From Escherichia coli (GTDB taxonomy: Bacteria; Pseudomonadota; Gammaproteobacteria; Enterobacterales; Enterobacteriaceae): a stretch of 64,000 bases of DNA. The stretch's first letter is position 1; the number at the start of each line of letters is the position of its first letter. Below, piece by piece: positions 40,721 to 57,871 of this stretch. The DNA is taken from assembly GCF_003018115.1 (NCBI RefSeq), contig NZ_CP027457.1, one strand, 5' to 3'. Under the pieces are notes generated by a model. That model ran no database searches. It was not told the origin of the DNA and saw only the letters and a program-made list of their open reading frames with translations. The translations under genes were made by a program, and so were the position numbers.

Positions 40721-42079
40721 ATGAAGGCAAAAGCGATATTACTCGCCTCTGTCCTGCTCGTGGGTTGCCAGAGTACCGGCAACGTTCAACAGCACGCACA
40801 GAGCCTTTCTGCAGCTGGTCAAGGGGAAGCAGCAAAGTTTACAAGTCAGGCACGATGGATGGACGATGGGACGTCTATCGCGCCAGATGGTGACTTGTGG
40901 GCTTTCATTGGCGACGAGCTAAAGATGGGAATTCCGGAAAATGACCGGATTCGCGAACAGAAACAGAAATATTTACGCAATAAGAGCTATCTCCACGATG
41001 TAACTTTACGGGCAGAGCCGTATATGTACTGGATAGCCGGGCAAGTTAAAAAACGTAACATGCCTATGGAACTGGTACTACTACCCATAGTGGAGAGCGC
41101 TTTTGATCCTCACGCAACGTCTGGCGCCAATGCCGCAGGCATCTGGCAGATCATTCCGAGCACGGGGCGCAATTATGGTTTGAAACAGACCCGCAATTAT
41201 GACGCGCGTCGCGATGTTGTTGCTTCAACAACTGCCGCGCTGAACATGATGCAGCGTCTGAACAAAATGTTTGACGGCGACTGGCTTCTGACCGTAGCGG
41301 CTTATAACAGCGGCGAAGGTCGGGTCATGAAGGCAATTAAAACGAACAAAGCGCGTGGGAAATCCACGGACTTCTGGTCGTTACCGTTGCCGCAGGAAAC
41401 GAAGCAGTACGTGCCTAAAATGCTGGCATTGAGTGATATTCTCAAAAACAGCAAGCGTTATGGCGTACGTCTGCCAACGACCGATGAAAGCCGTGCTCTG
41501 GCGCGTGTGCACCTGAGCAGCCCGGTTGAAATGGCGAAGGTTGCAGATATGGCGGGGATTTCCGTCAGCAAGCTGAAGACATTCAACGCTGGCGTGAAAG
41601 GCTCCACGCTGGGCGCAAGTGGTCCGCAATACGTGATGGTGCCAAAGAAGCATGCAGATCAACTGCGTGAATCTCTGGCTTCAGGCGAAATTGCTGCTGT
41701 ACAGTCGACGCTGGTTGCCGACAATACGCCGCTTAACAGCCGTGTTTACACCGTACGCTCTGGCGACACGCTTTCAAGTATCGCTTCACGTCTCGGCGTA
41801 AGCACCAAAGATTTGCAGCAGTGGAACAAACTGCGCGGATCTAAGCTGAAGCCAGGCCAAAGTTTGACGATTGGTGCAGGCAGTAGCGCACAGCGACTGG
41901 CAAACAACAGCGATAGCATTACGTATCGTGTGCGCAAAGGCGATTCGCTTTCAAGCATTGCTAAACGCCACGGCGTGAACATCAAAGATGTGATGCGCTG
42001 GAACAGCGACACTGCGAATCTGCAACCAGGCGATAAGCTGACGTTGTTTGTGAAAAACAACAACATGCCAGATTCCTGA
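40721..42079 (+). CDS. mltD: Membrane-bound lytic murein transglycosylase D
   Basis: 452-aa lipoprotein (LLVGCQ) with SLT domain and C-terminal LysM repeats (YTVRSGDTLSSIASRLGV, YRVRKGDSLSSIAKRHGV). Confidence 0.93.
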   Translation: MKAKAILLASVLLVGCQSTGNVQQHAQSLSAAGQGEAAKFTSQARWMDDGTSIAPDGDLWAFIGDELKMGIPENDRIREQKQKYLRNKSYLHDVTLRAEPYMYWIAGQVKKRNMPMELVLLPIVESAFDPHATSGANAAGIWQIIPSTGRNYGLKQTRNYDARRDVVASTTAALNMMQRLNKMFDGDWLLTVAAYNSGEGRVMKAIKTNKARGKSTDFWSLPLPQETKQYVPKMLALSDILKNSKRYGVRLPTTDESRALARVHLSSPVEMAKVADMAGISVSKLKTFNAGVKGSTLGASGPQYVMVPKKHADQLRESLASGEIAAVQSTLVADNTPLNSRVYTVRSGDTLSSIASRLGVSTKDLQQWNKLRGSKLKPGQSLTIGAGSSAQRLANNSDSITYRVRKGDSLSSIAKRHGVNIKDVMRWNSDTANLQPGDKLTLFVKNNNMPDS

Positions 42080-42126
42080 CAAACCAGATAATAAAAAGGC
42101 ACCGATTCCCCCGGTGCCTTTTTTAT

Positions 42127-42897
42127 TTATGCCGCTTTATGTGCATCTACCATGATGATATCACTGGTGAAAGAGCCATCATTCTGCAAGGCAAAATACG
42201 TTCTCACCTCTGTCGATGCGCTCTGTTGGTAAATGCGAATAGCGTCTACTAACGCTTCTGGCGTACGCATTCTCGCGACCCATGAAGAAAATTCCAGCGG
42301 TAACTTATCTGTAATTAAATTATCAACTATCAGATTGGCTTCATTGATTAACGTCAACCACTCACCGCTGGCGTAGTTTCGTACGTGAGAGGTATCGCGT
42401 AATGCTTCTACCGTCTGTAACCAGATGTCGCGCACTGGGTGACCCGGAGACATTACGTCCATCACAATCAGCCTACCGCCAGGTTTCAATATCCGGTTCA
42501 CTTCTCGCAGTGCTGCACCAACATCATGCCAGTGATGGGCAGAATAACGGCTGATAACAATATCAAATGCGTTATCGGCAAATGGCAGACTTTCGGCATA
42601 TCCCTGGCGGGTGGTGATATTTTTCAGTTGCCGGGCTTCGGCAGCTTGTGCCACGACATCCAGCATATGGGCAGATAAGTCATACGCCACCACCGTGCTC
42701 ACGTTTTGCGCAGCGACAAAGCTGGCATGCCCTGCTCCGCAGCCCATATCAAGTACACTTGCATCAGGATAATCAGCCAGACACACTGCCAGGCGCTGTA
42801 AATCTCGTCCGGATGCATGTACGGTACTGGTCAGATATTCGCTGGCTTGAGAGCTAAACTGCTTTTCTACGTGGTCATGGTGGGATTGTGTTGTCAT
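42127..42897 (-). CDS. yafE: SAM-dependent methyltransferase YafE
   Basis: 256-aa ORF with methyltransferase motif LDMGCGAGH; position as in K-12. Confidence 0.85.
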   Translation of the reverse strand: MTTQSHHDHVEKQFSSQASEYLTSTVHASGRDLQRLAVCLADYPDASVLDMGCGAGHASFVAAQNVSTVVAYDLSAHMLDVVAQAAEARQLKNITTRQGYAESLPFADNAFDIVISRYSAHHWHDVGAALREVNRILKPGGRLIVMDVMSPGHPVRDIWLQTVEALRDTSHVRNYASGEWLTLINEANLIVDNLITDKLPLEFSSWVARMRTPEALVDAIRIYQQSASTEVRTYFALQNDGSFTSDIIMVDAHKAA

Positions 42898-42974
42898 TAC
42901 GCTGTCCTTTTGTTGTTTGAGTATAAAAGGGCAGCGCCATACGTTGGTCTGCCCTGTGGCAGACCTGACATACC

Positions 42975-43826
<852 letters not shown>

Positions 43827-44015
43827 CTACTGTTATAGGGATTTTAGCTCACTCTTTCAACGAGCAATTGTATATTGTTATGTAAGCAAGTGCTTACACC
43901 GGTCAGAATTTTGCTCATTATTGAGAACATTAAATCGGATGACATATCCCGCATCCTGATGGTTTAATGACAAATAAATTCAAAATATCTCTTCTATTTT
44001 GCAACAGGAGCAAAA

Positions 44016-44930
44016 ATGAAAGCCACATCGGAAGAACTCGCCATTTTTGTTTCGGTCGTAGAAAGCGGCAGCTTTAGCCGGGCAGCGGAACAATTAGGGC
44101 AAGCAAACTCTGCGGTAAGCCGGGCGGTGAAAAAGCTGGAGATGAAACTTGGCGTTAGCCTGCTTAATCGGACCACGCGACAACTTAGCCTGACGGAAGA
44201 AGGCGAGCGTTATTTTCGTCGCGTACAGTCAATTTTGCAGGAGATGGCAGCGGCAGAATCAGAAATTATGGAGACGCGTAATACACCGCGTGGACTGTTA
44301 CGGATCGATGCCGCAACTCCAGTGGTGCTGCACTTTCTGATGCCGTTAATTAAGCCTTTCCGTGAACGCTATCCGGAAGTCACTTTGTCGCTAGTCTCCT
44401 CTGAAACGATTATTAATTTGATCGAAAGAAAAGTGGATGTCGCGATACGCGCTGGTACGTTAACGGATTCCAGCTTACGTGCTAGGCCGTTATTTAACAG
44501 TTATCGAAAAATTATCGCCTCCCCCAATTATATTTCCCGCTACGGGAAGCCAGAAACGATCGACGATTTAAAGCAACATGTTTGCCTGGGATTCACTGAA
44601 CCCGCTTCCCTCAATACCTGGCCGATAGCCTGTAGCGATGGACAATTACATGAGGTGAAGTACGGTTTGTCATCCAATAGTGGGGAAACACTGAAACAGC
44701 TTTGCCTGAGTGGCAACGGGATTGCGTGTTTGTCCGACTATATGATCGACAGAGAAATCGCTCGCGGAGAATTGGTGGAGTTAATGGCAGATAAAGTGTT
44801 GCCAGTGGAAATGCCATTCAGTGCAGTCTATTACAGCGACCGTGCGGTAAGTACGCGCATCCGGGCTTTTATCGATTTCCTTAGTGAGCATGTAAAAACA
44901 GCTCCCGGAGGAGCTGTCAGAGAGGCTTAA
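44016..44930 (+). CDS. yafC: LysR-family transcriptional regulator YafC
   Basis: 304-aa ORF with N-terminal HTH ([23 protein letters not shown]). Confidence 0.88.
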   Translation: MKATSEELAIFVSVVESGSFSRAAEQLGQANSAVSRAVKKLEMKLGVSLLNRTTRQLSLTEEGERYFRRVQSILQEMAAAESEIMETRNTPRGLLRIDAATPVVLHFLMPLIKPFRERYPEVTLSLVSSETIINLIERKVDVAIRAGTLTDSSLRARPLFNSYRKIIASPNYISRYGKPETIDDLKQHVCLGFTEPASLNTWPIACSDGQLHEVKYGLSSNSGETLKQLCLSGNGIACLSDYMIDREIARGELVELMADKVLPVEMPFSAVYYSDRAVSTRIRAFIDFLSEHVKTAPGGAVREA

Positions 44931-45730
44931 TCCCATTCAGGAGCCAGACCTTCCGGGCTAACCAGGCGGTCGTTGCAATCCAGTGCGGCGATCGCTTTTT
45001 TATCTTCGGCATCAAGCTGTAAATTTTGTGCCTTAAGATTACTCTCCAGGTTTTCACGTTTAGTAGAAGAAGGAATTACTGAGTAACCTTCCCCCATAGC
45101 CCACGCCAGAATCACTTGTGCCGGAGTCGCATTGTGTTTAGCTGCGATACGAGCAATAACCTCATCTTTCAGAGCCTTACCATACGCCAGCGTCATATAG
45201 GAAGTAATATGGATGCCGTGCTGTTTAGCCCAGGCAACCACTTTACGGTTTTGCAGATAAGGAGAGAGTTCAATCTGGTTAGTAGCGATGTTTTCAGCGC
45301 CAACAGCAGCAATCGCCTTTTCCATCAATGGGATCGTGAAGTTGGAAATACCGATCTCACGCGTCAACCCTTCTTTTTTGGCTTCCAGCAGCGCCTGCAT
45401 AAACTCTTCAACAGAGACTTCATCGTTTGGTGACGGCCAGTGGATTAGAGTCAGATCAACATAATCGGTACGCAATTTTTGCAGGCTCTCTTTTAGACTC
45501 GGGATCAATTTGTCTTTGCTGAGATTTTCAATCCAGATTTTAGTGGTGATGTAGAGTTCATGACGTGGCACGCCACTTTCTGCAATCGCCAGACCTACTG
45601 CGGCTTCGTTATCATAGATTTGTGCAGTATCAATTGCGCGATAACCAAGTTCAAGCGCCGTTTTCACAGATGAAATAACAACGTCGTCTTTCAGACGGAA
45701 AGTACCTAAACCAAATGCAGGGATAGCCAT
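44927..45730 (-). CDS. dkgB: 2,5-diketo-D-gluconate reductase B (aldo-keto reductase)
   Basis: 267-aa aldo-keto reductase ORF; synteny next to the rrnH 3' end. Confidence 0.9.
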   Translation of the reverse strand: MAIPAFGLGTFRLKDDVVISSVKTALELGYRAIDTAQIYDNEAAVGLAIAESGVPRHELYITTKIWIENLSKDKLIPSLKESLQKLRTDYVDLTLIHWPSPNDEVSVEEFMQALLEAKKEGLTREIGISNFTIPLMEKAIAAVGAENIATNQIELSPYLQNRKVVAWAKQHGIHITSYMTLAYGKALKDEVIARIAAKHNATPAQVILAWAMGEGYSVIPSSTKRENLESNLKAQNLQLDAEDKKAIAALDCNDRLVSPEGLAPEWD

Positions 45731-45852
45731 AATATGCCTCTTTTAATGCTATTTTCGTTAACTGAGGTGATTATGGGCTTTAGAATGTTGCGGAAAAAGG
45801 GCGTAAAACGCAGAGGATTTTTGCGATTTTAGAAATAATAGAAATGTAGACG

Positions 45853-45880
45853 AAAAAAAACCTCGAGCGATAACTCGAGG
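45853..45880 (-). terminator. rrnH operon terminator downstream of aspU
   Basis: CCTCGAG...CTCGAGG hairpin followed by an 8-T run on the minus strand. Confidence 0.7.
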
Positions 45881-45892
45881 CTTCTTAATAAG

Positions 45893-45969
45893 TGGCGGAA
45901 CGGACGGGACTCGAACCCGCGACCCCCTGCGTGACAGGCAGGTATTCTAACCGACTGAACTACCGCTCC
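45893..45969 (-). tRNA. aspU: tRNA-Asp (GTC), distal gene of rrnH
   Basis: Identical tRNA-Asp sequence in reverse complement immediately 3' of the 5S rRNA. Confidence 0.97.
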
Positions 45970-46021
45970 ACCGAATTCTTTTACAACCACCGGTTTTATG
46001 ACCGGCTTACTGCTTTATTTG

Positions 46022-46141
46022 ATGCCTGGCAGTTCCCTACTCTCGCATGGGGAGACCCCACACTACCATCGGCGCTACGGCGTTTCACTTCTGAGTTCGG
46101 CATGGGGTCAGGTGGGACCACCGCGCTACGGCCGCCAGGCA
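46022..46141 (-). rRNA. rrfH: 5S ribosomal RNA
   Basis: Reverse complement matches E. coli 5S rRNA (TGCCTGGCGGCCGTAGCGCGGTGGTCCCACCTGACCCCATGCCGAACTCAG...). Confidence 0.97.
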
Positions 46142-46233
46142 AATTCTGTTATATCAGACCGCTTCTGCGTTCTGATTTAATCTGTATCAGGCTGAAAATC
46201 TTCTCTCATCCGCCAAAACACCTTCGGCGTTGT

Positions 46234-49137
<2,904 letters not shown>

Positions 49138-49309
49138 TCACAACCCGAAGATGTTTCACTTCAGAGTTGCGAAAATTTGAGAGACTCGAACACACTTAAA
49201 AGTGTGTCGTTTCAATTTTCAGCTTGATCCAGATTTTTAAAGAGCAAAACTTCGCAGTGAACCTTTGCAGGTACACTCTGAAGTATTTTTTATTTAATCA
49301 CTACAGAGA

Positions 49310-49385
49310 TGGTGGAGCTATGCGGGATCGAACCGCAGACCTCCTGCGTGCAAAGCAGGCGCTCTCCCAGCTGAGCTATAGCCCC
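49310..49385 (-). tRNA. alaV: tRNA-Ala (TGC), 16S-23S spacer
   Basis: Reverse complement reads GGGGCTATAGCTCAGCTGGGAGAGCGCCTGCTTTGCACGCAGGAGGTCTGCGGTTCGATCCCGCATAGCTCCACCA. Confidence 0.97.
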
Positions 49386-49427
49386 ATAACATGTAGTTAA
49401 AACCTCTTCAAATTTGCCGTGCAAATT

Positions 49428-49504
<77 letters not shown>

Positions 49505-49572
49505 GTAGAGGTTTTACTGCTCATTTTCATCAGACAATCTGTGTGAGCACTGCAAAGTACGCTTCTTTAAGG

Positions 49573-51114
<1,542 letters not shown>

Positions 51115-51239
51115 AAAAGTTTGATGCTCAAAGAATTAAACTTCGTAATGAATTACGTGTTCACTCTTGAGACTTGGTATTCATTTTTCGTCTTGCGACG
51201 TTAAGAATCCGTATCTTCGAGTGCCCACACAGATTGTCT

Positions 51240-51445
51240 GATAAATTGTTAAAGAGCAGTTGCGACGCAGCTTTCAGCTCACTGTCGCGAGGTGGCGTAT
51301 ATTACGCTTTCCTCTTTCAGAGTCAACCCTGAATTTCAGGATTTTTTCTCTTCAACCGAACCGACTGTTTGTGTGAAGTGATTCACATCCGCCGTGTCGA
51401 TGGAGGCGCATTATAGGGAGTCGGCTCAGGAAGACAAGCGGAAAA
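51240..51445 (-). promoter_or_regulatory. rrnH leader and tandem promoters P1/P2 with boxA antiterminator
   Basis: Minus strand shows P1-like CTCCCTATAATGCGCC (-10 at 51410..51415), P2-like TTGACT (-35) and TAATAT (-10) around 51290..51330, and leader boxA TGCTCTTTAACAA (51247..51259). Confidence 0.75.
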
Positions 51446-51480
51446 ATGCATTTTTATTTCAACCGCTCATCTTTTAATCA

Positions 51481-52053
51481 TTACGCCGGTTTTTGCTGCT
51501 TTTTTATCGCTTGCGGCAGGTCTGCCAGGCTATTTAACACCCAATCTGCCGCGTTTTCTGCTTCAGGTGTAATAGGTTTACCCGTACGCACCAGCACTTT
51601 TGTTCCCACGTTCGCCGCAACCGCTGCCTGCATATCTTCTAATTTATCGCCCACCATATAAGAAGCGGCCATATCAATATGCAAATAATCGCGTGCTGAC
51701 AAAAGCATCCCCGGATGTGGTTTGCGGCAATCGCAGACCTGGCGAAACTCTTCAACACTACCCTGCGGATGATGCGGGCAATAATAGATACCATCCAGAT
51801 CGACATCTCGGTCCGCCAGCGACCAGTCCATCCACTCGGTCAGCGTTTCAAACTGTGCTTCGGTAAATTTACCGCGAGCAATGCCAGACTGGTTGGTTAC
51901 TACCACCAGCGCAAAGCCCATTTTTTTTAGCTCGCGCATGGCGTCAATAACACCGTCGATAAATTCAAAGTTGTCGATCTCATGGACATAGCCGTGATCG
52001 ACATTAATGGTGCCATCACGGTCAAGAAAAATTGCGGGTACGCTCTTCGCCAC
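51481..52053 (-). CDS. gmhB: D,D-heptose 1,7-bisphosphate phosphatase
   Basis: 190-aa HAD-family ORF ([16 protein letters not shown]); upstream of rrnH as in K-12. Confidence 0.93.
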   Translation of the reverse strand: MAKSVPAIFLDRDGTINVDHGYVHEIDNFEFIDGVIDAMRELKKMGFALVVVTNQSGIARGKFTEAQFETLTEWMDWSLADRDVDLDGIYYCPHHPQGSVEEFRQVCDCRKPHPGMLLSARDYLHIDMAASYMVGDKLEDMQAAVAANVGTKVLVRTGKPITPEAENAADWVLNSLADLPQAIKKQQKPA

Positions 52054-52142
52054 CTTTTATAGCTCCTTAATAAGGCATGTGACGCTAGTATCGCATGTTT
52101 CGACCTGCAAGAAAGTGCTCTTCGCATAAACCTGATTGATTT

Positions 52143-52158
52143 AGACGTCTGGATGCCT
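52143..52158 (+). promoter_or_regulatory. Candidate MetJ operator (met boxes) upstream of metN
   Basis: AGACGTCT followed by degenerate GGATGCCT, ~90 bp upstream of the metN start. Confidence 0.55.
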
Positions 52159-52240
52159 TAACATCCATTTCATTGACGGCGTTGCCCGTTTCAGGCATTC
52201 GAGATGCCACGACTAACTTAATGACGATAATAAATAATCA

Positions 52241-53272
52241 ATGATAAAACTTTCGAATATCACCAAAGTGTTCCACCAGGGCACCCGCACCATCCAGGCG
52301 TTGAACAACGTCAGCCTGCATGTGCCAGCTGGGCAAATTTATGGCGTTATCGGTGCCTCAGGCGCGGGTAAGAGTACGCTTATACGTTGTGTAAACCTGC
52401 TGGAGCGCCCAACCGAGGGTAGTGTGCTGGTCGATGGCCAGGAACTGACCACGCTGTCAGAATCCGAGTTGACCAAAGCTCGTCGCCAGATTGGTATGAT
52501 TTTCCAGCATTTTAACCTGCTCTCTTCGCGTACTGTTTTTGGCAACGTGGCTCTGCCGCTGGAGCTGGACAATACACCGAAAGACGAGATCAAACGTCGC
52601 GTGACGGAATTGCTGTCATTGGTTGGTCTTGGCGATAAGCATGATAGCTACCCGTCGAATCTTTCCGGTGGGCAGAAACAACGTGTGGCGATTGCCCGTG
52701 CATTAGCCAGCAATCCCAAAGTATTGCTGTGTGATGAAGCCACCAGCGCGCTAGACCCGGCAACGACACGTTCTATTCTCGAACTGCTGAAAGACATTAA
52801 CCGCCGTCTGGGTTTGACGATTCTGTTGATCACCCACGAAATGGACGTTGTGAAGCGCATTTGTGATTGCGTGGCGGTTATCAGTAATGGCGAACTGATC
52901 GAGCAGGACACGGTAAGTGAAGTGTTCTCGCATCCGAAAACGCCTCTGGCGCAGAAGTTTATTCAGTCAACCCTGCATCTGGATATCCCGGAAGATTACC
53001 AGGAACGTCTGCAAGCGGAGCCATTCACTGACTGCGTCCCGATGCTGCGTCTGGAGTTTACCGGTCAATCGGTCGATGCCCCACTGCTTTCTGAAACCGC
53101 GCGTCGTTTCAACGTCAACAACAACATTATTAGCGCGCAGATGGATTACGCCGGTGGCGTGAAGTTCGGCATCATGCTGACTGAAATGCACGGCACACAA
53201 CAAGATACGCAAGCCGCCATTGCCTGGCTGCAGGAACACCATGTAAAAGTAGAGGTACTGGGTTATGTCTGA
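52241..53272 (+). CDS. metN: Methionine ABC transporter ATP-binding protein
   Basis: 343-aa ORF; Walker [13 protein letters not shown] signature LSGGQKQR. Confidence 0.95.
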
Positions 53273-53918
53273 GCCGATGATGTGGCTGCTGGTTCGTGGC
53301 GTATGGGAAACGCTGGCAATGACCTTCGTATCCGGATTTTTTGGGTTTGTGATTGGTCTGCCGGTCGGCGTCCTGCTTTATGTCACGCGTCCGGGGCAAA
53401 TTATTGCTAACGCGAAGCTTTACCGTACCGTTTCTGCGATTGTGAACATTTTCCGTTCCATCCCGTTCATTATCTTGCTGGTATGGATGATTCCGTTTAC
53501 CCGCGTTATTGTCGGTACATCGATTGGTTTGCAGGCAGCGATTGTTCCGCTGACCGTTGGCGCTGCACCGTTTATTGCCCGTATGGTCGAGAACGCTCTG
53601 CTGGAGATCCCAACCGGGTTAATTGAAGCTTCCCGCGCAATGGGTGCCACGCCAATGCAGATCGTCCGTAAAGTGCTGTTACCGGAAGCGTTGCCGGGTC
53701 TGGTGAATGCGGCAACTATCACCCTGATTACCCTGGTCGGTTATTCCGCGATGGGTGGTGCAGTCGGTGCCGGTGGTTTAGGTCAGATTGGCTATCAGTA
53801 TGGCTACATCGGCTATAACGCGACGGTGATGAATACGGTACTGGTATTGCTGGTCATTCTGGTTTATTTAATTCAGTTCGCAGGCGACCGCATCGTCCGG
53901 GCTGTCACTCGCAAGTAA
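53265..53918 (+). CDS. metI: Methionine ABC transporter permease
   Basis: 217-aa polytopic membrane ORF overlapping the metN stop. Confidence 0.93.
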
Positions 53919-53957
53919 CGTTCAACACAACATAAATAATTGAAGAAGGAATAAGGT

Positions 53958-54773
53958 ATGGCGTTCAAATTCAAAACCTTTGCGGCAGTGGGAGCCCTGA
54001 TTGGATCACTGGCACTGGTAGGCTGCGGTCAGGATGAAAAAGATCCAAACCACATTAAAGTCGGCGTGATTGTTGGTGCCGAACAGCAGGTTGCAGAAGT
54101 CGCGCAGAAAGTTGCGAAAGACAAATATGGCCTGGACGTTGAGCTGGTAACCTTCAACGACTATGTTCTGCCAAACGAAGCATTGAGCAAAGGCGATATC
54201 GACGCCAACGCCTTCCAGCATAAACCGTACCTTGATCAGCAACTGAAAGATCGTGGCTACAAACTGGTCGCAGTAGGCAACACTTTTGTTTATCCGATTG
54301 CAGGTTACTCCAAGAAAATCAAATCACTGGCTGAACTGCAGGATGGTGCGCAGGTTGCCGTGCCAAACGACCCAACTAACCTTGGTCGTTCACTGCTGCT
54401 GCTGCAAAAAGTGGGCTTGATCAAACTGAAAGATGGCGTTGGCCTGCTGCCGACCGTTCTTGATGTTGTTGAGAACCCCAAAAATCTGAAAATTGTTGAG
54501 CTGGAAGCACCGCAGCTGCCGCGTTCTCTGGACGACGCGCAAATCGCTCTGGCAGTTATCAATACCACCTATGCCAGCCAGATTGGCCTGACTCCGGCGA
54601 AAGACGGTATCTTTGTCGAAGATAAAGACTCCCCGTACGTAAACCTGATCGTAACGCGTGAAGATAACAAAGACGCCGAGAACGTGAAGAAATTCGTCCA
54701 GGCTTATCAGTCTGACGAAGTTTACGAAGCAGCAAACAAAGTGTTTAACGGCGGCGCTGTTAAAGGCTGGTAA
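53958..54773 (+). CDS. metQ: Methionine-binding lipoprotein
   Basis: 271-aa ORF with lipobox LVGCG; NlpA-family substrate-binding protein. Confidence 0.93.
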   Translation: MAFKFKTFAAVGALIGSLALVGCGQDEKDPNHIKVGVIVGAEQQVAEVAQKVAKDKYGLDVELVTFNDYVLPNEALSKGDIDANAFQHKPYLDQQLKDRGYKLVAVGNTFVYPIAGYSKKIKSLAELQDGAQVAVPNDPTNLGRSLLLLQKVGLIKLKDGVGLLPTVLDVVENPKNLKIVELEAPQLPRSLDDAQIALAVINTTYASQIGLTPAKDGIFVEDKDSPYVNLIVTREDNKDAENVKKFVQAYQSDEVYEAANKVFNGGAVKGW

Positions 54774-54810
54774 TTTTTAGGCTGTTTCCACAATTTGTAA
54801 TATCATTCAG

Positions 54811-54839
54811 GACGGGCGCTTGCCCGTCTTGTCATTTTT
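54811..54839 (+). terminator. Intrinsic terminator after metQ
   Basis: GACGGGC-GCTT-GCCCGTC hairpin followed by a T-rich run. Confidence 0.7.
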
Positions 54840-54890
54840 ACAAGCTCCTGATTCAATATTGACGTTTTGATCATACATTGAGGAAATACT

Positions 54891-55295
54891 ATGCGTGCTT
54901 TACCGATCTGTTTAGTAGCACTCATGCTAAGCGGCTGTTCCATGTTAAGCAGATCCCCTGTCGAACCCGTTCAAAGCACTGCACCCCAGCCGAAAGCGGA
55001 GCCTGCAAAACCGAAAGCGCCGCGCGCCACGCCGGTCCGAATTTATACCAATGCAGAAGAATTAGTCGGCAAACCGTTCCGCGATCTCGGTGAAGTCAGT
55101 GGCGACTCTTGCCAGGCCTCTAATCAGGACTCTCCGCCGAGCATTCCAACCGCACGTAAGCGGATGCAAATCAACGCCTCTAAAATGAAAGCCAATGCTG
55201 TATTACTGCATAGCTGCGAAGTCACCAGCGGTACGCCGGGCTGCTATCGTCAGGCTGTATGTATCGGCTCTGCGCTTAACATTACGGCGAAATGA
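54891..55295 (+). CDS. rcsF: Outer-membrane lipoprotein RcsF (Rcs phosphorelay sensor)
   Basis: 134-aa ORF; lipobox LSGCS; Pro/Lys-rich linker; four conserved Cys. Confidence 0.93.
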   Translation: MRALPICLVALMLSGCSMLSRSPVEPVQSTAPQPKAEPAKPKAPRATPVRIYTNAEELVGKPFRDLGEVSGDSCQASNQDSPPSIPTARKRMQINASKMKANAVLLHSCEVTSGTPGCYRQAVCIGSALNITAK

Positions 55296-55999
55296 GCAGT
55301 TTCCAGTTCGAGCAAATAGGCGTTATTCGCTCGCCCTATAAAGAAAAATTCGCCGTTCCGCGCCAGCCAGGTCTGGTAAAAAGCGCCAACGGCGAACTGC
55401 ATCTCATTGCTCCCTACAACCAGGCCGACGCCGTTCGCGGCCTGGAAGCGTTCAGCCATTTATGGATCCTTTTCGTCTTTCATCAAACGATGGAAGGCGG
55501 CTGGCGTCCGACTGTGCGTCCACCGCGCCTCGGCGGTAACGCCAGAATGGGGGTTTTCGCAACACGCTCTACTTTCCGCCCTAACCCAATTGGTATGTCG
55601 CTGGTAGAGCTGAAAGAGGTTGTTTGCCATAAAGACAGCGTGATTCTAAAGCTCGGCAGTCTGGATCTGGTCGATGGTACGCCGGTAGTGGATATCAAAC
55701 CGTATCTCCCCTTTGCCGAATCGCTTCCCGATGCCAGTGCCAGCTATGCGCAAAGTGCGCCAGCGGCAGAGATGGCGGTGAGTTTTACCGCAGAGGTCGA
55801 AAAGCAGCTTTTGACGCTGGAGAAGCGTTATCCGCAGTTAACGCTGTTTATCCGCGAAGTACTGGCGCAGGACCCGCGCCCGGCCTATCGTAAAGGTGAG
55901 GAAACGGGCAAAACCTATGCCGTCTGGCTACATGATTTTAACGTTCGCTGGCGCGTCACCGACGCAGGTTTTGAAGTCTTTGCGCTGGAACCGCGTTAA
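55292..55999 (+). CDS. trmO: tRNA (adenine37-N6)-methyltransferase TrmO (TsaA/YaeB)
   Basis: 235-aa ORF; ATGA overlap with the rcsF stop; conserved synteny. Confidence 0.9.
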   Translation: MSSFQFEQIGVIRSPYKEKFAVPRQPGLVKSANGELHLIAPYNQADAVRGLEAFSHLWILFVFHQTMEGGWRPTVRPPRLGGNARMGVFATRSTFRPNPIGMSLVELKEVVCHKDSVILKLGSLDLVDGTPVVDIKPYLPFAESLPDASASYAQSAPAAEMAVSFTAEVEKQLLTLEKRYPQLTLFIREVLAQDPRPAYRKGEETGKTYAVWLHDFNVRWRVTDAGFEVFALEPR

Positions 56000-56109
56000 A
56001 TTCACGCCCTTCTCTTTTGACATTTCTTTTGCACTGGTAAACTAAATCACTTTTTTTGTCCCAGGCTCGCCTTGAGCCTGTTCTACCTTCCAACTGGAAC
56101 CGTAACAAC

Positions 56110-57828
56110 ATGCGTACTAGCCAATACCTGCTCTCCACTCTCAAGGAGACACCTGCCGACGCCGAGGTGATCAGCCATCAGCTGATGCTGCGCGCCGGGA
56201 TGATCCGCAAGCTGGCCTCCGGGTTATATACCTGGCTGCCGACCGGCGTGCGCGTTCTGAAAAAAGTCGAAAACATCGTGCGTGAAGAGATGAACAACGC
56301 CGGTGCAATCGAGGTGTCGATGCCGGTGGTTCAGCCAGCCGATTTGTGGCAAGAGAGTGGTCGTTGGGAACAGTACGGTCCGGAACTGCTGCGTTTTGTT
56401 GACCGTGGCGAGCGTCCGTTCGTACTCGGCCCAACTCATGAAGAAGTTATCACTGACCTGATTCGTAACGAGCTTAGCTCTTACAAACAGCTGCCGCTGA
56501 ACTTCTATCAGATCCAGACCAAGTTCCGCGACGAAGTGCGTCCGCGTTTCGGCGTCATGCGTTCCCGCGAATTCCTGATGAAAGATGCTTACTCTTTCCA
56601 TACTTCTCAGGAATCCCTGCAGGAAACCTACGATGCAATGTATGCGGCCTACAGCAAAATCTTCAGCCGCATGGGGCTGGATTTCCGCGCCGTGCAAGCC
56701 GACACCGGTTCTATCGGCGGCAGCGCCTCTCACGAATTCCAGGTGCTGGCGCAGAGCGGTGAAGACGATGTGGTCTTCTCCGACACCTCTGACTATGCAG
56801 CGAACATTGAACTGGCAGAAGCTATCGCGCCGAAAGAACCGCGCGCTGCTGCTACCCAGGAAATGACGCTGGTTGATACGCCGAACGCGAAAACCATCGC
56901 GGAACTGGTTGAACAGTTCAATCTGCCGATTGAGAAAACGGTTAAGACTCTGCTGGTTAAAGCGGTTGAAGGCAGTAGCTTCCCGCTGGTTGCGCTGCTG
57001 GTGCGCGGTGATCACGAGCTGAACGAAGTTAAAGCAGAAAAACTGCCGCAGGTTGCCAGCCCGCTGACTTTTGCGACTGAAGAAGAAATTCGTGCCGTGG
57101 TTAAAGCCGGTCCGGGTTCACTGGGTCCGGTAAACATGCCGATTCCGGTGGTGATTGACCGTACCGTTGCGGCGATGAGTGATTTCGCTGCTGGTGCTAA
57201 CATCGATGGTAAACACTACTTCGGTATCAACTGGGATCGCGATGTCGCTACCCCGGAAATTGCTGATATCCGCAACGTGGTGGCGGGCGATCCAAGCCCG
57301 GATGGTCAGGGTACGCTGCTGATCAAACGTGGTATCGAAGTTGGTCACATCTTCCAGCTGGGTACCAAGTACTCCGAAGCACTGAAAGCCTCCGTACAGG
57401 GTGAAGATGGCCGTAACCAAATCCTGACTATGGGTTGCTACGGTATCGGGGTAACGCGTGTAGTAGCTGCGGCGATTGAGCAGAACTACGACGAACGCGG
57501 CATCGTATGGCCTGACGCTATCGCGCCGTTCCAGGTGGCGATTCTGCCGATGAACATGCACAAATCCTTCCGCGTACAAGAGCTTGCTGAGAAACTGTAC
57601 AGCGAACTGCGCGCACAAGGTATCGAAGTGCTGCTGGATGACCGCAAAGAGCGTCCGGGCGTGATGTTTGCCGATATGGAACTGATCGGTATTCCGCACA
57701 CTATTGTGCTGGGCGACCGTAACCTCGACAACGACGATATCGAATATAAATATCGTCGCAACGGCGAGAAACAGTTAATTAAGACTGGTGACATCGTCGA
57801 ATATCTGGTGAAACAGATTAAAGGCTGA
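56110..57828 (+). CDS. proS: Prolyl-tRNA synthetase
   Basis: ORF 56056..57828; start taken at [20 protein letters not shown] (572 aa). Confidence 0.95.
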   Translation: MRTSQYLLSTLKETPADAEVISHQLMLRAGMIRKLASGLYTWLPTGVRVLKKVENIVREEMNNAGAIEVSMPVVQPADLWQESGRWEQYGPELLRFVDRGERPFVLGPTHEEVITDLIRNELSSYKQLPLNFYQIQTKFRDEVRPRFGVMRSREFLMKDAYSFHTSQESLQETYDAMYAAYSKIFSRMGLDFRAVQADTGSIGGSASHEFQVLAQSGEDDVVFSDTSDYAANIELAEAIAPKEPRAAATQEMTLVDTPNAKTIAELVEQFNLPIEKTVKTLLVKAVEGSSFPLVALLVRGDHELNEVKAEKLPQVASPLTFATEEEIRAVVKAGPGSLGPVNMPIPVVIDRTVAAMSDFAAGANIDGKHYFGINWDRDVATPEIADIRNVVAGDPSPDGQGTLLIKRGIEVGHIFQLGTKYSEALKASVQGEDGRNQILTMGCYGIGVTRVVAAAIEQNYDERGIVWPDAIAPFQVAILPMNMHKSFRVQELAEKLYSELRAQGIEVLLDDRKERPGVMFADMELIGIPHTIVLGDRNLDNDDIEYKYRRNGEKQLIKTGDIVEYLVKQIKG

Positions 57829-57835
57829 TGCCAGA

Positions 57836-57865
57836 AAGGGTCCTGAATTTCAGGGCCCTTTTTTA
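57836..57865 (+). terminator. Intrinsic terminator after proS
   Basis: AGGGTCCTGAA...TTCAGGGCCCT hairpin followed by TTTTTT. Confidence 0.75.
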
Positions 57866-57871
57866 CATGGA